From: Octopus sinensis
Lineage: Eukaryota
Direction of reading: 5' to 3'
Assembly (NCBI RefSeq): GCF_006345805.1
Contig: NW_021833803.1
Span: 4,550-68,549, forward strand
Length of the DNA: 64,000 nucleotides
A program made the translations under genes and the position numbers. Below are positions 32,779 to 45,239 of this stretch, piece by piece. Every line of letters begins with the position of its first letter. The stretch's first letter is position 1. The notes beneath the pieces are model-generated. The model made no database searches, was not told the DNA's origin, and worked only from the letters and a program-made list of their open reading frames with translations.

Positions 32779-34538
32779 AATAGAATAGAATAGTGTTTAT
32801 TGAGCGTAAAGAAAAAGAAAAACAAGGAAGAAATCATCGGCGGGGAGATAAAAAACAAGGCACCGAAGTGTCTCTTTCCATGCGTATCCCCAATACTAGT
32901 CATGTTTGACGACAATTCTCCAAGACCATCCGGATCGTGGGCACAGAGGATTCTTGTGAGTCTTTTAACCTTCCGTCAAGTTGTACTCCGTAAGCCAATT
33001 TCATAGCGAAACGTCTTGTCTTTTCCAACTGTTCGATCAGGTAGTCACTCTCCTCCGTACCGTACCAGCCCTCGTAGCCATATGTGAGGACTGGCTGCAC
33101 ACACGTTTTGTATACGTAGATGTACGTTTCCGGATCCAGATGGAACCTGGTTAAGCTTTTGAGGATCCTCACACTCCTCTTTCTCTGATTTGCTATATGC
33201 TCTACGTACGAGCCACGACAGTTAATGGTTGCTCCCAGGTAAGAAAGATTTTTTCTTTTCGAGAGATCCATCACATAGCTACTCATCGCATATGCACAAG
33301 ACTCCGCATAGCGACTCCCTCTCCGCAACCATGAAATGGTGCTTTTCTCCGGTGCTAGAGTCAAACCCTTCTCTTTAGTCCACATCTTTAGCGTTGCAAT
33401 GTATGATTTCAGTCGTCTCCAAGACTGCGATATCCTTTTCGAGGTATCCATGACCAGGATATCGTCAGCATAGATAACGAGCTTGCCAGTACGTGTCGAC
33501 GGCAGAGGAATGTCCGCCAAGAAGAGGTTGAACAGAAGTGGACTCAAGATAGATCCCTGCGGGACTCCCCTTCTAAGTTCCACACACCCCGATAGGCGGT
33601 TTCCACAGCGGACAAATGATTGTCTTCCTGACAAGAAGCTCTCCAGCCATCGATAGGTCTTTATCCCGGCTCCGATGTCATGGATTCTGGAGAGTAGGCC
33701 CAGGTGCCACACGCTATCGAAGGCTTTGGCCAGATCCAGACACACCACAGTTAGCCATGCTTCATTTCTGTCAGCACGGGATAATTGGTGCTCTAACTCC
33801 CTGAGGCAGTCCCCTGTGGATCTTCCTCCACGAAATCCCCATTGTTCGGGTAAAAGCAAATTTTGTGATTCTATATGACCAGAGAGTCTGTTAAAGACAA
33901 TCTTTTCCATTGTCTTAGAGAAAGCACAAATGAGGCTAATTGGCCGGTAGTTCTGTGCCAGCAGTGTCGATTTACCAGATTTTGGAATCATTCGAACAAT
34001 CGTATGCTTCCACGCCGATGGAAGGTGTCCGAACGTCCAGCTGGCGTGAAACAACATAGTCAATGCTCGTATCAAAATTTCAGGGGCCTTCTTTAACAAC
34101 TTCGGAGGGATGTAGTCGAAGCCAGGCGCCTTGTTCTTCAACCCAGCAATTGCCCTTTTAACCTCTTCCTGTGTTATCGCCCCACATAATGGTCCCTCCG
34201 ATAATTGCGAAGAGCCAAGCTTCTTCACAATTCGGTCATAAGTCCCTCGTGGAACGGTAGATTCGACCTCTTGAACCTGACTAAGTTGGTTCCTGAGTAC
34301 TTCCGGGGTACGATCAGAGGAGATATATTTCCCGTCTGGTTCTTTTAGTGAAATTTCAAATCCTTTGGCATCATTTCTGGAAAGGCGTTGATATGCTTTC
34401 CAGAAATTAGGGTTTCGCTTATCCAGTTTTCTGCATTCAGACCTCCATTTACTTTCGACCTCAGTCTTGGCCATTTTTGCAATAGTAGATTTTATCTTGT
34501 CGATCTCCAATTTCAGGCGACATTTGATTGACTCAACC
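32779..34538 (-). mobile_element. 5'-truncated Jockey/I-like LINE with intact RT ORF and 7-bp TSD
   Basis: 536-aa ORF with YRPISLI, QWGFR, LDLAKAFDSVWH, GVPQGSILSP and YADD. AATAAA + (CTATT)n tail. TSD CGTTAAG at 32772-32778 and 34539-34545. Confidence 0.93.
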
Positions 34539-34634
34539 CGTTAAGTCATGACTTTTAGGGAGTTTTGGTAGTGCTTTTAAAATGTTTCAATAGAAGTAAT
34601 CTACGTATATAATTGACAAAAATTTAGTCTAATA

Positions 34635-35843
34635 CAGTACGACCCCGGTTTGGGGCAGACCCCATGGGTGGGGCACCCTCGGGTTTTGGGGCACCCCCGC
34701 TTTTAGGGGCAGTTTTTGAAAACAGTAAATTTTTCATTCTATTATTTATTTTTGATGACCCCGGTTTGGGGCACTTATTTAATTTATTTAATTACAAAAT
34801 GTTAGTTTATTTATTAATTATTAATTAATACTATTATTTCACGTGTTTATTTTGACTTTAGTATGGTTCGTAAAAAGAATTCAAAGATTAATTATGAAAC
34901 AAAAATTAAAATCGCTAAAGATATAAAACATGGTCAATTTTCAGAAAGAGATCTTGCTAAAAAGTATAAAACGAGCAAAGGTATCTTTTTTAACTAATTA
35001 TTAATTACAGGTACTATTTCTCGCATTAAACAAAATTTTGTTTATTATTTTGACGCGGGATTAACTGAATCCGATAGAATCAAGGAATCACATGATCCAA
35101 ATAATGAATTAGATAGATTAGTTTTTGAAACTTTTCTACGTCTGAGAGATGAATTTCTTCCAATTTCTGGAACTATCTTAAAACTGATTGCAAAAAAATT
35201 ATCTAAAAAGATAAATTATGAATCATTTAAGGCATCAAATGGATGGCTAGACCGGTTCAAGAAAAGACACGAGTTGCTATTTAAAACTATAAGTGGAGAA
35301 AAGAATTCATCTGACCTTTCTACGGTTTCCAATTTTTTTGCTGATTATGACAACTGTTTGGAAACTGTAGGAAGTGAAACTGTAGGAAGTGACAACTGTT
35401 TGGAAACTGTAGGAAGTGAAAATGAGGACAAAATTACTTATGATGGATATGAATCTAAAAAATCATCAATTAAAGAAATCATAAACATCGTGAATTCTCT
35501 AGAAGATAATATTTTCAGTACATGTCCACAATTTTTGAAAATCTACTACGAATTTAGAAAAAACCTATCAGGAGAACTGAAAAAAAACCAATTCGGTGAG
35601 AAAATTACTGATTACTTTTAATAGTATTTTTTGTTGGATTTATTAAAATTTTTAAATTTTATTAAGAAAGGACTATGTTAGAATTTTTATTAATATTAAA
35701 TAATTTTAATTTATAGTCTAAAATGCAATAAAAATCTATTGAGGAGAAAATAAAAGCAAAAAATCTTTACCCTCGCATTTTGGGGCACCCCCGCTTTTTG
35801 GGGCACTATGATAAAAATGCTGCCCCAAACCGGGGTCGTACTG
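34635..35843 (+). mobile_element. pogo/Tigger-like element lacking the DDE domain
   Basis: Perfect 24-bp TIR CAGTACGACCCCGGTTTGGGGCAG with TA TSD. The empty site is visible in the paralog at ~9530. Confidence 0.95.
34863..35621 (+). CDS. pogo-derived CENP-B-type DNA-binding protein (242 aa, one 30-nt intron at 34981-35010), no catalytic domain
   Basis: Spliced frame is open: HTH-psq (KIKIAK..SERDLAKKYKTSKGTISRIK), CENP-B HTH (PISG..LK..A..FKASNGWLDRFKKRH), acidic linker and C-terminal KITDYF. Confidence 0.75.
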
Positions 35844-36329
35844 TATAACTATATACAATGGAAATATAAATTGTTTTCTAATAATTTGTTTAATTCGAAT
35901 TGTAACCAATATTGTTGTTAAACATAAAGAGCCAATAATAAAGTGTAAAAAATGTAAAAAATTGATTATATTAATTATATGCTCGTGGGAATGCCTGGTC
36001 TACACGATTGTTTATCACGTAAAACCATTTGGTACAATTTTTACTCCATTAACTATAAATAGTTCACCTTAGTAATTTTTAGTATGTTTCTCATCTTAGT
36101 TTAATCCAAAATATAATTTCTATAATCTCTACGATGATGTTTTTATAAATCTTGTGATTTTTTCACGGACAAAAAAACAGTCAAACTTTGAATCGCAACT
36201 AAAAATAATTATTACATTTTAGCTATTTAAATAAATTGGATCGTATCTTTAAAAAATTTCAAAAAAATCTATAAATCAGGAAAAAGTCAATATTTCATAT
36301 CTTTCGACATTTGTACCGAGCAGCAATGA

Positions 36330-37756
36330 CTATGTATATCTCGGGACTTTAAATTTTAATTTTCCAACTTGTTCTCGAATATCAATTCCGAATGAAGATC
36401 TTTTATTTAAAAAATCAAATAACTTCAACCGTGGAAAAATATTTACATTTTTATAATAGCATTCCCTATCAGTTCGCAATCTTTCTATTGCATTCCTATT
36501 TTTTAATTTAATATATTTTTAGAAACCATCCAATCATGACAGCGTTGTCGGAACATAGAGCTGGAGGAGGGACAACAACGTTAAGATCAAAAAATCTTTC
36601 ACAGTAATCTCTAACTCCTTTAAGTAAAAACTGATTTCTTGCGACGCCTCCTGAAATTGTCTAAAAGTTAAAAAAAAGTGGATACTAAAGTGCCCCCTTT
36701 ATCAGGAAATAATTTTTTATGACGACAAAATAATACAGCCCGCCCAACTCTTCGGAGAATATGGTGAAGAAGAGAACGCTGAAAACAATCAGCTATTTCA
36801 GAAGCATCATCCAAATCAATCATACCAACTGATTAAAAATTAACTATTTTTTAATTAATTACTCATGTTTTCTATCTTTTTAGAAGAAATAATTCGATCG
36901 AAATGAGAATGAATCCCACTCAATGAAAAGTCACAAGATCTGTTGTATCTGTATGCATCAATAATTGGAAGGGTTCTATTTTTTGATTTTAGGGCTATTT
37001 GTTCTAAAGCTGCGCCTCCTGATAATTCACTATATTCTAAACAAAATCGTAAATTCAGACTTCTAGCGATCTATCAAAAGGAAATATATAAATATACTTT
37101 ATCATAGACATCTCCTGGTGACTCGTCAATTGTTTTACCAAGTATGTAAAAATCAGAGTCACTTTGAACTAGAACAATGAGCATATGTCCTCCACTAATG
37201 AGTAGACATAAATACGGAAATTTTAAGCTAAAATAAATATTTTATTGTAAAATACTTTTCTTGACAATAACGAGGTGTTAGAGCATGAGCCTCCATGTGG
37301 TGGACAGGTATCAAAGGAATTCTTAAAAACGCGTTAAATTTACACAAAACCTATACTTGTGGCTTAATAGTTTTGCATACTCAACTCCAATTGACAGTGA
37401 AGCCTTTAATCCAGGTCTATTTGTTACAGCGATTGCTGATATTTGCTATTTTAATAAAAAAGATTGATGTTAACTGAAAAAGTTAGACCAGCTTTATCTA
37501 AACAAATCTGAACGACATTTTTTATGGATTTTGAATGAAGCCCACAGGCTACTGACGGGATTATTCCCCCAAGACTGTTAAAATATAAATGTTAATTAAA
37601 CGCAGCACTAATAGAAGCCTGGGATTGAATAAAATCGGAGATAAGAATTCCATTTGCATCAAAAATTGCACAACATGTATCATCACAACTTGATTCGATT
37701 GCCAATAAGTTTTGTTTAAAAAGACGAAATCGACGATAAAAATATTTCAGAATCAT
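36330..37756 (-). CDS. OSGEPL1: mitochondrial tRNA N6-adenosine threonylcarbamoyltransferase (OSGEPL1/Qri7, KAE1/TsaD family), 10 exons
   Basis: Nine GT-AG introns of 26-34 nt give an open frame: LAIESSCDDT, GGIIP, PGL..SL..G, IPVHHMEAHALT, FPYL.LLISGGH, PGD.YDKIAR, CDFSLSG, SGGVA.N and PP..LCSDN..MIGWN.IERL. Arg-rich, acid-free N-terminus. Confidence 0.93.
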
Positions 37757-38509
37757 CCACCACAACAATATTTTAAATAAAAATTTTAATTCTGTTTAAA
37801 TATTTTTTATTTAGTTTAACTAGGCTAGCAACAATTTAAATAGATTTTACAAATATTAAAGCATCCAGCTACTAATGAATCAAGTCATTAATAACACTGA
37901 CATAAGAAACAGCAGAGTTTCAGGTTACAAGATCATCATAAACTCTGAATTCGTCGGCTAGAACACTACAACGATATTTGTCTTTTGCTCACATTGCCAG
38001 AACAAAGAAAGAATCCAATACTGTCTACTTTGTTATCCAAAAGTTGCCAGTTTCCATACAAAAATAAGAATTACATAGCATGTGCTAATGGCAGATTGAT
38101 TTTAGAATTATTTCCAATCGTCGTTCATCAGAAAAAACTAATACAAATCCGCCTAATTATTTTTGAGACTTTTTTGTACTTTTGATAAGAAAATGTCTAA
38201 AAAGAATAGTAGGCCTTCAAAAAATAATTTCGTGGGTGATTTGAGGTAGGATTTTTTATACTATAAGTTTAAATGTTTTAAATTTTTAGATATTGTGAAA
38301 AAAGTCGTAAAACCGGCTTTAACACGACCTTCTCATTTGCAAACAGAAAAGGCTCGTTAAAGCTGCATTAATAGCATTCCTATATCCAAAATACACATAT
38401 GGCCTAAGAAAAGGCAAGATAAAGCAAATGGAATATTGCTAGGAGGAAACTAAAATATAAATAAAATAAATCGGTCAGAGAGAAGATTAGTTAATAATCA
38501 TATAATTCA

Positions 38510-41500
38510 CTAGCTCAGCAGTTCGCTTCGCTCACTGCGAGCTAGCTCCTGCGGAGGCCCTGCTCGCTACGCTCGCAGTTTCCTTAAATAACTATAAATT
38601 TATGTAGATATATAAATGCGACCTGCTTTGATATAACCTTATTCTAAGGCCTGTGGATAAACGATGTTTGCAGTCCGTCCATCCTTGGCAAATATAAATA
38701 AATTTCTCTTCTACCTACCCTTGAGCACCCCACATACAGCTGGCCATGTGAAAAGCACTCGTTCTCTAAAAATAAGCCTACTACCTTTAAAGACTGTCCC
38801 TGGGCCTTGTTTATTGTCATAGCAAAACTTATCTTCAGCGGAAATTGTAGTCTCTTAAATCTATCGCAGGCCCTTTCATGGTCCATAATAACGTCGACCG
38901 ATTTATATATTCTTTCTCTGCCAGGGATTTTCATTAATAAATCTAAATTTATATTAAGTACCTCATCATTAAGTGGAGCTAATATAGCTCGTTCACGCAG
39001 CCAGTCGAAATTCACGTAGTGTTCAGATAGTTCGGAATAGACGGCATTCAATAATTCTTCTGCTGTTTCTACGAAAATACATAATTCTTCCGGTAGCCTA
39101 ATTTTCTGGTCGTGCATTTCTGAAGTGATTGCCCCATTTCCAATATCTAGAAGGATTTGTGGGAATATGCTATTAACGCCTTGTAAATGTGCATGTACAT
39201 TTACATCTAAGCTAACCTTTTTCACGTGTGTCCACAAATATGACGATTTGAGGCAGGCATTCAATTCATCCGCTGGCGTCCCTCTTTGAATAATTGGCAG
39301 CGTCTGTCTAAAATCACCTGCCAATACAACTAATGCTCCCCCAAACAAATGGTCGCTACAATTCTTGATATCTCTATATGTTCGGTCAACTGCTTGAATG
39401 CGCCTTTATGAGCCATCGTACATTCATCCCAAACAATTAACCTAGAATGCATAATTCTATTACCCGTAGTTGAGTCTAACAGCAGTCCTGACCTTGTTCA
39501 GCTGTTGTCTAAGTTCCCTCACCATTTAAGCACATCTTCCTCGTTTCTCTTTTTTTGTTATATGGTTCATATTCTCTTGTTTGTTAACATTCTCAGATCT
39601 CTCTTTATAGGACATTCTTATGATTTTGTAAACGCGAATCAGTAATTTATATTAAATTTTCTACGTAAATTTATTTAGTGAAATTTATGTAAAGTGTATT
39701 ATCCAATCAAAGCCATTATACTTAATTGCCTCTATGTTTAAAGGAATTGAAACTTTAGCATAATCGAACTTGTCTGTTTCGGTAAAGAAAATGATAATCA
39801 GCTTCATCTTTGTAGTATTATAAGGAAAAAAATTAAAGCCTGTTAAATCAAGGAGATTTAAATATAGGCAAATTGAAATTTACATGACTAATTTAAATTT
39901 TATTTGCCTCTATCTTTTAAGAAATCTAAACAGTAGCATAATCGAATTTGTCAGTTTCGGCAGTTAAAAAGAATCAATTATGTAAATCTCTAATAATTTT
40001 TGCTTTTTCCTTTTTAGTGGTTTTCAAAATCTGATAATTGCACAGTATATTCATGGTCGATAACAATTAGAGCTTTTATTTTATTTTTTTAACGAAAATT
40101 TAACAAAAAAGAATTTATGTCATCGAAAAAAGATAGCTAAGCAAATTAATGGCCTCACGAGGCTTGAAGGTTGTGGAGGACCTCATCATGTGAGTCGAGG
40201 ACTTTCTTGTCGTTCATTTTAACAAAAACGCAGAAAATATTTTTTTTTAATTTTTGGGCTTGAAGGTTTTGGGGGACCACATCATGTGAGTCGAGGACTT
40301 CTTGTTGTTCATTTTAACAAAAACGCAGAAAATAATTTTTTTTATTTTTTGGCTTGAAGGTTTTGAGGGACCACATCATGTGAGTCGAGGACTTTCTTGT
40401 TGTTCATTTTAACAAAAACGCAGAAAATAATTTTTTTTAATTTTTTGGCTTGAAGGTTTTGAGTTGTTGTTCATTTTAACAAAAACGCAGAAAATAATTT
40501 TTTTAATTTTTTACCTTGAAGGTTTTGGGGGACCACATCATGTGAGTCGAGGACTTTCTTGTTGTTCATTTTAACAAAAACGCAGAAAATAATTTTTTTA
40601 ATTTTTTACCTTGAAGGTTTTGGGGGACCACATCATGTGAGTCGAGGACTTTCTTGTTGTTCATTTTAACAAAAACGCAGAAAATAATTTTTTTAATTTT
40701 TTGGCTTGAAGGTTTTGGGGGACCACATCATGTGAGTCGAGGACTTTCTTGTTGTTCATTTTAACAAAAACGCAGAAAATAATTTTTTTAATTTTTTAGC
40801 TTGAAGGTTTTGGGGGACCACATCATGTGAGTCGAGGACTTTCTTGTTGTTCATTTTAACAAAAACGCAGAAAATATTTTTTTTTAATTTTTTGGCTTGA
40901 AGGTTTTGGGGGACCACATCATGTGAGTCGAGGACTTTCTTGTTGTTCATTTTAACAAAAACGCAGAAAATAATTTTTTTAATTTTTTGGCTTGAAGGTT
41001 TTGGGGGACCACATCATGTGAGTCGAGGACTTTCTTGTTGTTCATTTTAACAAAAACGCAGAAAATAATTTTTTTTAATTTTTTGGCTTGAAGGTTTGGG
41101 GGACCACATCATGTGAGTCGAGGACTTTCTTGTTGTTCATTTTAACAAAAACGCAGAAAATAATTTTTTTAATTTTTTGGCTTGAAGGTTTTGGGGGACC
41201 ACATCATGTGAGTCGAGGACTTTCTTGTTGTTCATTTTAACAAAAACGCAGAAAATAATTTTTTTAATTTTTTGGCTTGAAGGTTTTGGGGGACCACATC
41301 ATGTGAGTCGAGGACTTTCTTGTTGTTCATTTTAACAAAAACGCAGAAAATTGACTTGAAGGTTTTGGGGGACCTCATCATCGAGGATATTCTTTCTTAT
41401 TAAAATTTTTGACAGGAAGGTTCTAAGAGGATATCAACCTTTTATTGTGCCTCATTATCGAATAACTACAAAAGGGAAGGTTTTGACAATTTGATCTGGT

Positions 41501-41587
41501 TTGTAACAATTTGAATGTGGGTGTGCACAGACAGACAGACAGACACACAGACAGACAGACACACACCATACCATTTTATTATTAAGA
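38510..41587 (-). mobile_element. non-autonomous Helitron 2 (3078 bp)
   Basis: Same A|TCTTAATAATAAAATGG 5' end and hairpin-CTAG|T 3' end as Helitron 1. PIF1 fragment 38644-39480 (IVWDECTM, FGG..VVLAGDFRQTLP, ILAPLN, QFPL). Confidence 0.92.
40165..41380. repeat. ~94-bp minisatellite variant, ~13 units, inside Helitron 2
   Basis: Unit GAAGGTTTTGGGGGACCACATCATGTGAGTCGAGGACTTTCTTGTTGTTCATTTTAACAAAAACGCAGAAAATAA(T)nAA(T)nGGCTT. One unit at ~40450 is deleted. Confidence 0.97.
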
Positions 41588-42169
41588 TTATCGAATATTC
41601 ATCATCCCAAATAAAAATAACCAAACAGTAAAATAAAAAAAACTCACGTTAAACTAGTAAATACGAATTATTATTTATGGAAAAATTATATTGAAAAAAA
41701 AACATTTATAATTTTTAATAAATATTTTTTCCAATTTGATAAATTAACGTTTTTATTTAATACGTGACTATGCCTGCCAGACAGGGCTATTTATTTCCAT
41801 AGTCCGATTTTTAAAATATACTTTAATTATTTTATTTTGAACATTTTGTGCCGCCCTTAATTTCCCTGTTGTATTTCTCGACGGAAAGAAAGCAACACAC
41901 ACTCAAAAGTGTAATTTCTTTAAGTTACAGTCCATTCCTTAAATCTTCGGTAATCAAAGTTTTCTCGACGTCAGACAAGTGCTTAAGCATTGAAATTTAT
42001 TTATTTTAAAAAATAATGATAAAACATTTAATATTTTAAGGAAATGTTTAAGTGTTCACTTTTTTAATGGAAATGAATATTCAAAAAATCATCTGATATT
42101 CCTTATTGATACATTGATTAATCAGGGCCTTATTCTTTACCACCCTGGCATAGTTCCGAGTTGGTTGTC

Positions 42170-42600
42170 ATGGTTAGATAAGGCTTATTGGACGGTAGCT
42201 ACTAATTTGACCAAATGAATCCACAAAGTCCGATAAACAGGCAGACAGAATTTTATTGTAAAAACAAGAGACAGTGACAGAAATTTTTGACGCCCAATAC
42301 AACGAGAAGATTGGCAGTCGAACTCTTCTGAGGAAACGTCTATTTTCTTTCTGGAGCAAGCTAGGCTGTTACTGATTGATAAATAGGTCGGTCACTTGAG
42401 ATCGTCTCCGAAAAGACCGGATAGATTTCTCAATGACCTGCCGTATCTCCGGGGACTTGGTCTCCACCCAACTTGGGACTGGGCCTCGTAGGTCAAGCTT
42501 GTAAGCTAGCTTCAGAGCATAGCGCCGGATTTTTTCGCATTTCATGGTAATTTTCTCGAGATCTTGCTTTTTGGACGCCAAGAGAGCTTAGCTACCGTAT
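42170..42600 (-). mobile_element. Jockey/I-like LINE 3' fragment
   Basis: SSYRPISLI and CEKIRRYALKLAY, matching the 32.8 kb and 47.3 kb family. Confidence 0.7.
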
Positions 42601-42619
42601 GTTTTTACTATATTCTGAT

Positions 42620-43340
42620 AGTTCATTAAGGTTGCAAATTTTTTCTCCGTAGCTTCAACCCAGCTAGAATTAATCCTCGTTTTACAAGTTAAGGACAGAT
42701 ACGCAGATTGCGCAGCATACAAGATATCCGAAATCTCGTCGATACTCCGAGGAGGAGTAGACTTGATAATATAATAAATCGCCGAATTTAGCCTTGAATT
42801 ATTTCCAGTTTGAGGAATTTCCTTTGTATTTTAGAAGTTGGTTTCCGGGAATCTCTTGGGATAGCTTTCACCTTTTCAAATTGGACATTTAGTTCCTCGA
42901 GACAAGCTTTGAATTTAGAAATTTTCACGTTCAAATGTGTTACGTTCTCTTGCTTTTTGCTGATCGTTCTTGCTTTATCGGCCTTCTTTGGAATCATCAG
43001 TTTTTTGACATCAGATAAGTTCATGTTCTTTAAGCATCGTCTGTTGTACTTGCTTGCAATAAGTTTCCAGCCGCCTCTCGGAATTCTTATAAGTCTCTTC
43101 TTAATAGCATCGACAATATGAGAGATCCAAGTGGATTCAGAGCCGTCGACCTCGCTAATAGCTGACAATGGTTTGTTGGCATCTTCCTAAATCCATTAAC
43201 ATGACTAACCACGCGATTTTCCATGCTTTCGTACACCACGACAGACAAATTCCCTGCTTCCTCGAGACTCGTGCTATTATTACCGCAGGGGCGCCCATAG
43301 GATTAGACTTTCCATAAAGAGCAACTGGCATACAACACGA
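42620..43340 (-). mobile_element. R4/Dong-like retrotransposon N-terminal (pre-RT) fragment
   Basis: R..RKPTSKI..LNSAIYYII...EISDILYAAQSAY..T....SSW resembles the pre-RT region of R4/Dong-type ORFs as I recall it. Confidence 0.5.
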
Positions 43341-43562
43341 CAAGAAAATAAAGAAATACTATCACCCCTACCAAAACTATGATATATTGCATTATTTAGT
43401 CACTTTTTCTGAATCACTTTTTTTCTGAATTAATTGTATATTCTAATTTTATTGGCAATATAGTATCGCAGCATACAGCACATTGCAAAGAATATTCATA
43501 ACGCAAAATGAAATCAGATTAGTTTCCTGTCTATTCCTGTATTGTAGCCAACAATATCTATA

Positions 43563-44454
43563 CCTTTCCAAGTTCAAAGTGGGATTTCCAAGTTCAAAGT
43601 GGGATTTTCCAAATTCAATATGGGATTTCCAAGTTAATTTTAAAATATTTGAAAAAAATCATGACTCATTTATATCAAACGAAAAAATTAAAATGTTACG
43701 TCCTTGTAATTTAATAAAGGAGGCAATAGTCCTTGGATTCTGGCTATTAACTTAGCACAAATCTTTGAAGTAACTTCGTCCATATATTGTTTAATTAAAT
43801 CCTCCAATCTCTGTTTCCGAAATTCTGTTTTTGACAAGTCAGGTTCATTTGCATCTAAGATATTCCCAAGATTTTCATGGTATGGTATACATAAGCGAAT
43901 CAAGATGCAGGCGAACGCACTCACCTGACACTTTTATTCCGTACTTATCTTGGATCTCTGCAGCCAATTGTTTGCAAGTAATTTTCGGATTTGACTCGAC
44001 CATTTCTTGCATATAATTTCGTACGGTATTTGAAATTTTTGAATATCGAAAACCACCTCTTAAATCATCCTTAAAGCCTTCTTTTATCCACCTGTATGCA
44101 GATGTTCTTTTTATTCCGAGAGAACATGCAACTTGATTCCAATCCCCATCATTTTTGTAAACGGTCAACAATTTTTTTCTTTTTTCAGCTAATTCTTTCT
44201 TTTTATTAACGTACATTTTGTAATGTAAGGCGATTTTAAATTAATAAATGAATTCAATAACCGACTTGAAAATCCTTGAACTTGAAAATCCCATATTGAA
44301 TTTGGAAAATTCCACTTTGAACTTGGAAATCCCATATTAAATTTGGAAAATCCCACTTTGAACTTGGAAATCTCATATTGAATTTGGAAAATCCCACTTT
44401 GAACTTGGAAATCCCATATTGAATTTGGAAATTCCCATATTGAACTTGGAAAGG
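43563..44454 (-). mobile_element. IS630/Tc1-like deletion derivative with TIRs built of 21-22 bp tandem repeats
   Basis: TA-CCTTTCCAAGTTCAA ... TTGAACTTGGAAAGG-TA. ORF 43875-44216 has HTH (VACSLGIKRTSAYRWIK) and winged-HTH (NPKITCKQL) motifs, joined to a C-terminal piece. No DDE core. Confidence 0.85.
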
Positions 44455-44599
44455 TATAGAGCTTTGAAACGCTTTCAATATGGTTCCTAACAGTTTTCGA
44501 TTGTTACAATTGATACAGAATATTCAACGGACCTAAAATGTACAATTTCCTTAATTACAACGATTTGATTTTCTTCGATGAGTATAGCTTTATAAGCTA

Positions 44600-45110
44600 C
44601 AATTTAGTCTATTTTTGGGATACCTAGTGTCCCCAAAGGTAGGGTGGTTTTTTGATATTAACATAAAATTAACGTTTTTTAGTTTAAAACAAAAAAGATG
44701 TTTATTTTTAATTTCATTTAACGATTTTAGTCTTTAATTGAAAAATAGTCCGTTATTTTCTCTTTGCATTTGTACTTTTGAATTAATCGATCCATCGTTA
44801 ACTTTTTAAAGATATAAAATACGCTTAATATCTCTGAAGCAAACTGAAAAATGCCATCTTCCAGCGCATTAATTGTAGAAACTAGTTTCTTAGCTGATTG
44901 GCATTTTACAGCTCCGTCATATAATGCGTCGTCATTTTCTATACCAGAGATTTCTTTCTACATTTATTTGATTAAATTTTTTTGAACATCATCTGTACGT
45001 TGCTCATTAATTTTATTCCACTAATTTTCACCAGAAATTGTTTTAAAAAAAGTTGATGCCGTTTCTTAAAACGAACAAGTCATCGATTGGAAGCTTTAAA
45101 TTTTGGTAAA
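44600..45110 (-). mobile_element. degenerate pogo derivative (same architecture as 34635-35843)
   Basis: FKASNR*LVRFKKRHQL/FKTISGEN..ALYDG..INALEDGIFS. Confidence 0.65.
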
Positions 45111-45239
45111 TTTAAAATTTGAGCTCCTTTTAGTGTGTAGATTGTAATAATGGTCCGGTAACTAATAAATTATAATTTTTCAATCTATATAAATTTAGAC
45201 ATGTTTAATTATTACTTTTGAAATAAAGTAAAAACAACC

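Noticed and set aside
43875-44216. Bacterial IS630 contamination
   Set aside because: The element is embedded by a TA TSD in AT-rich DNA collinear with eukaryotic TEs and spliced genes, and there are no operons or bacterial genes.
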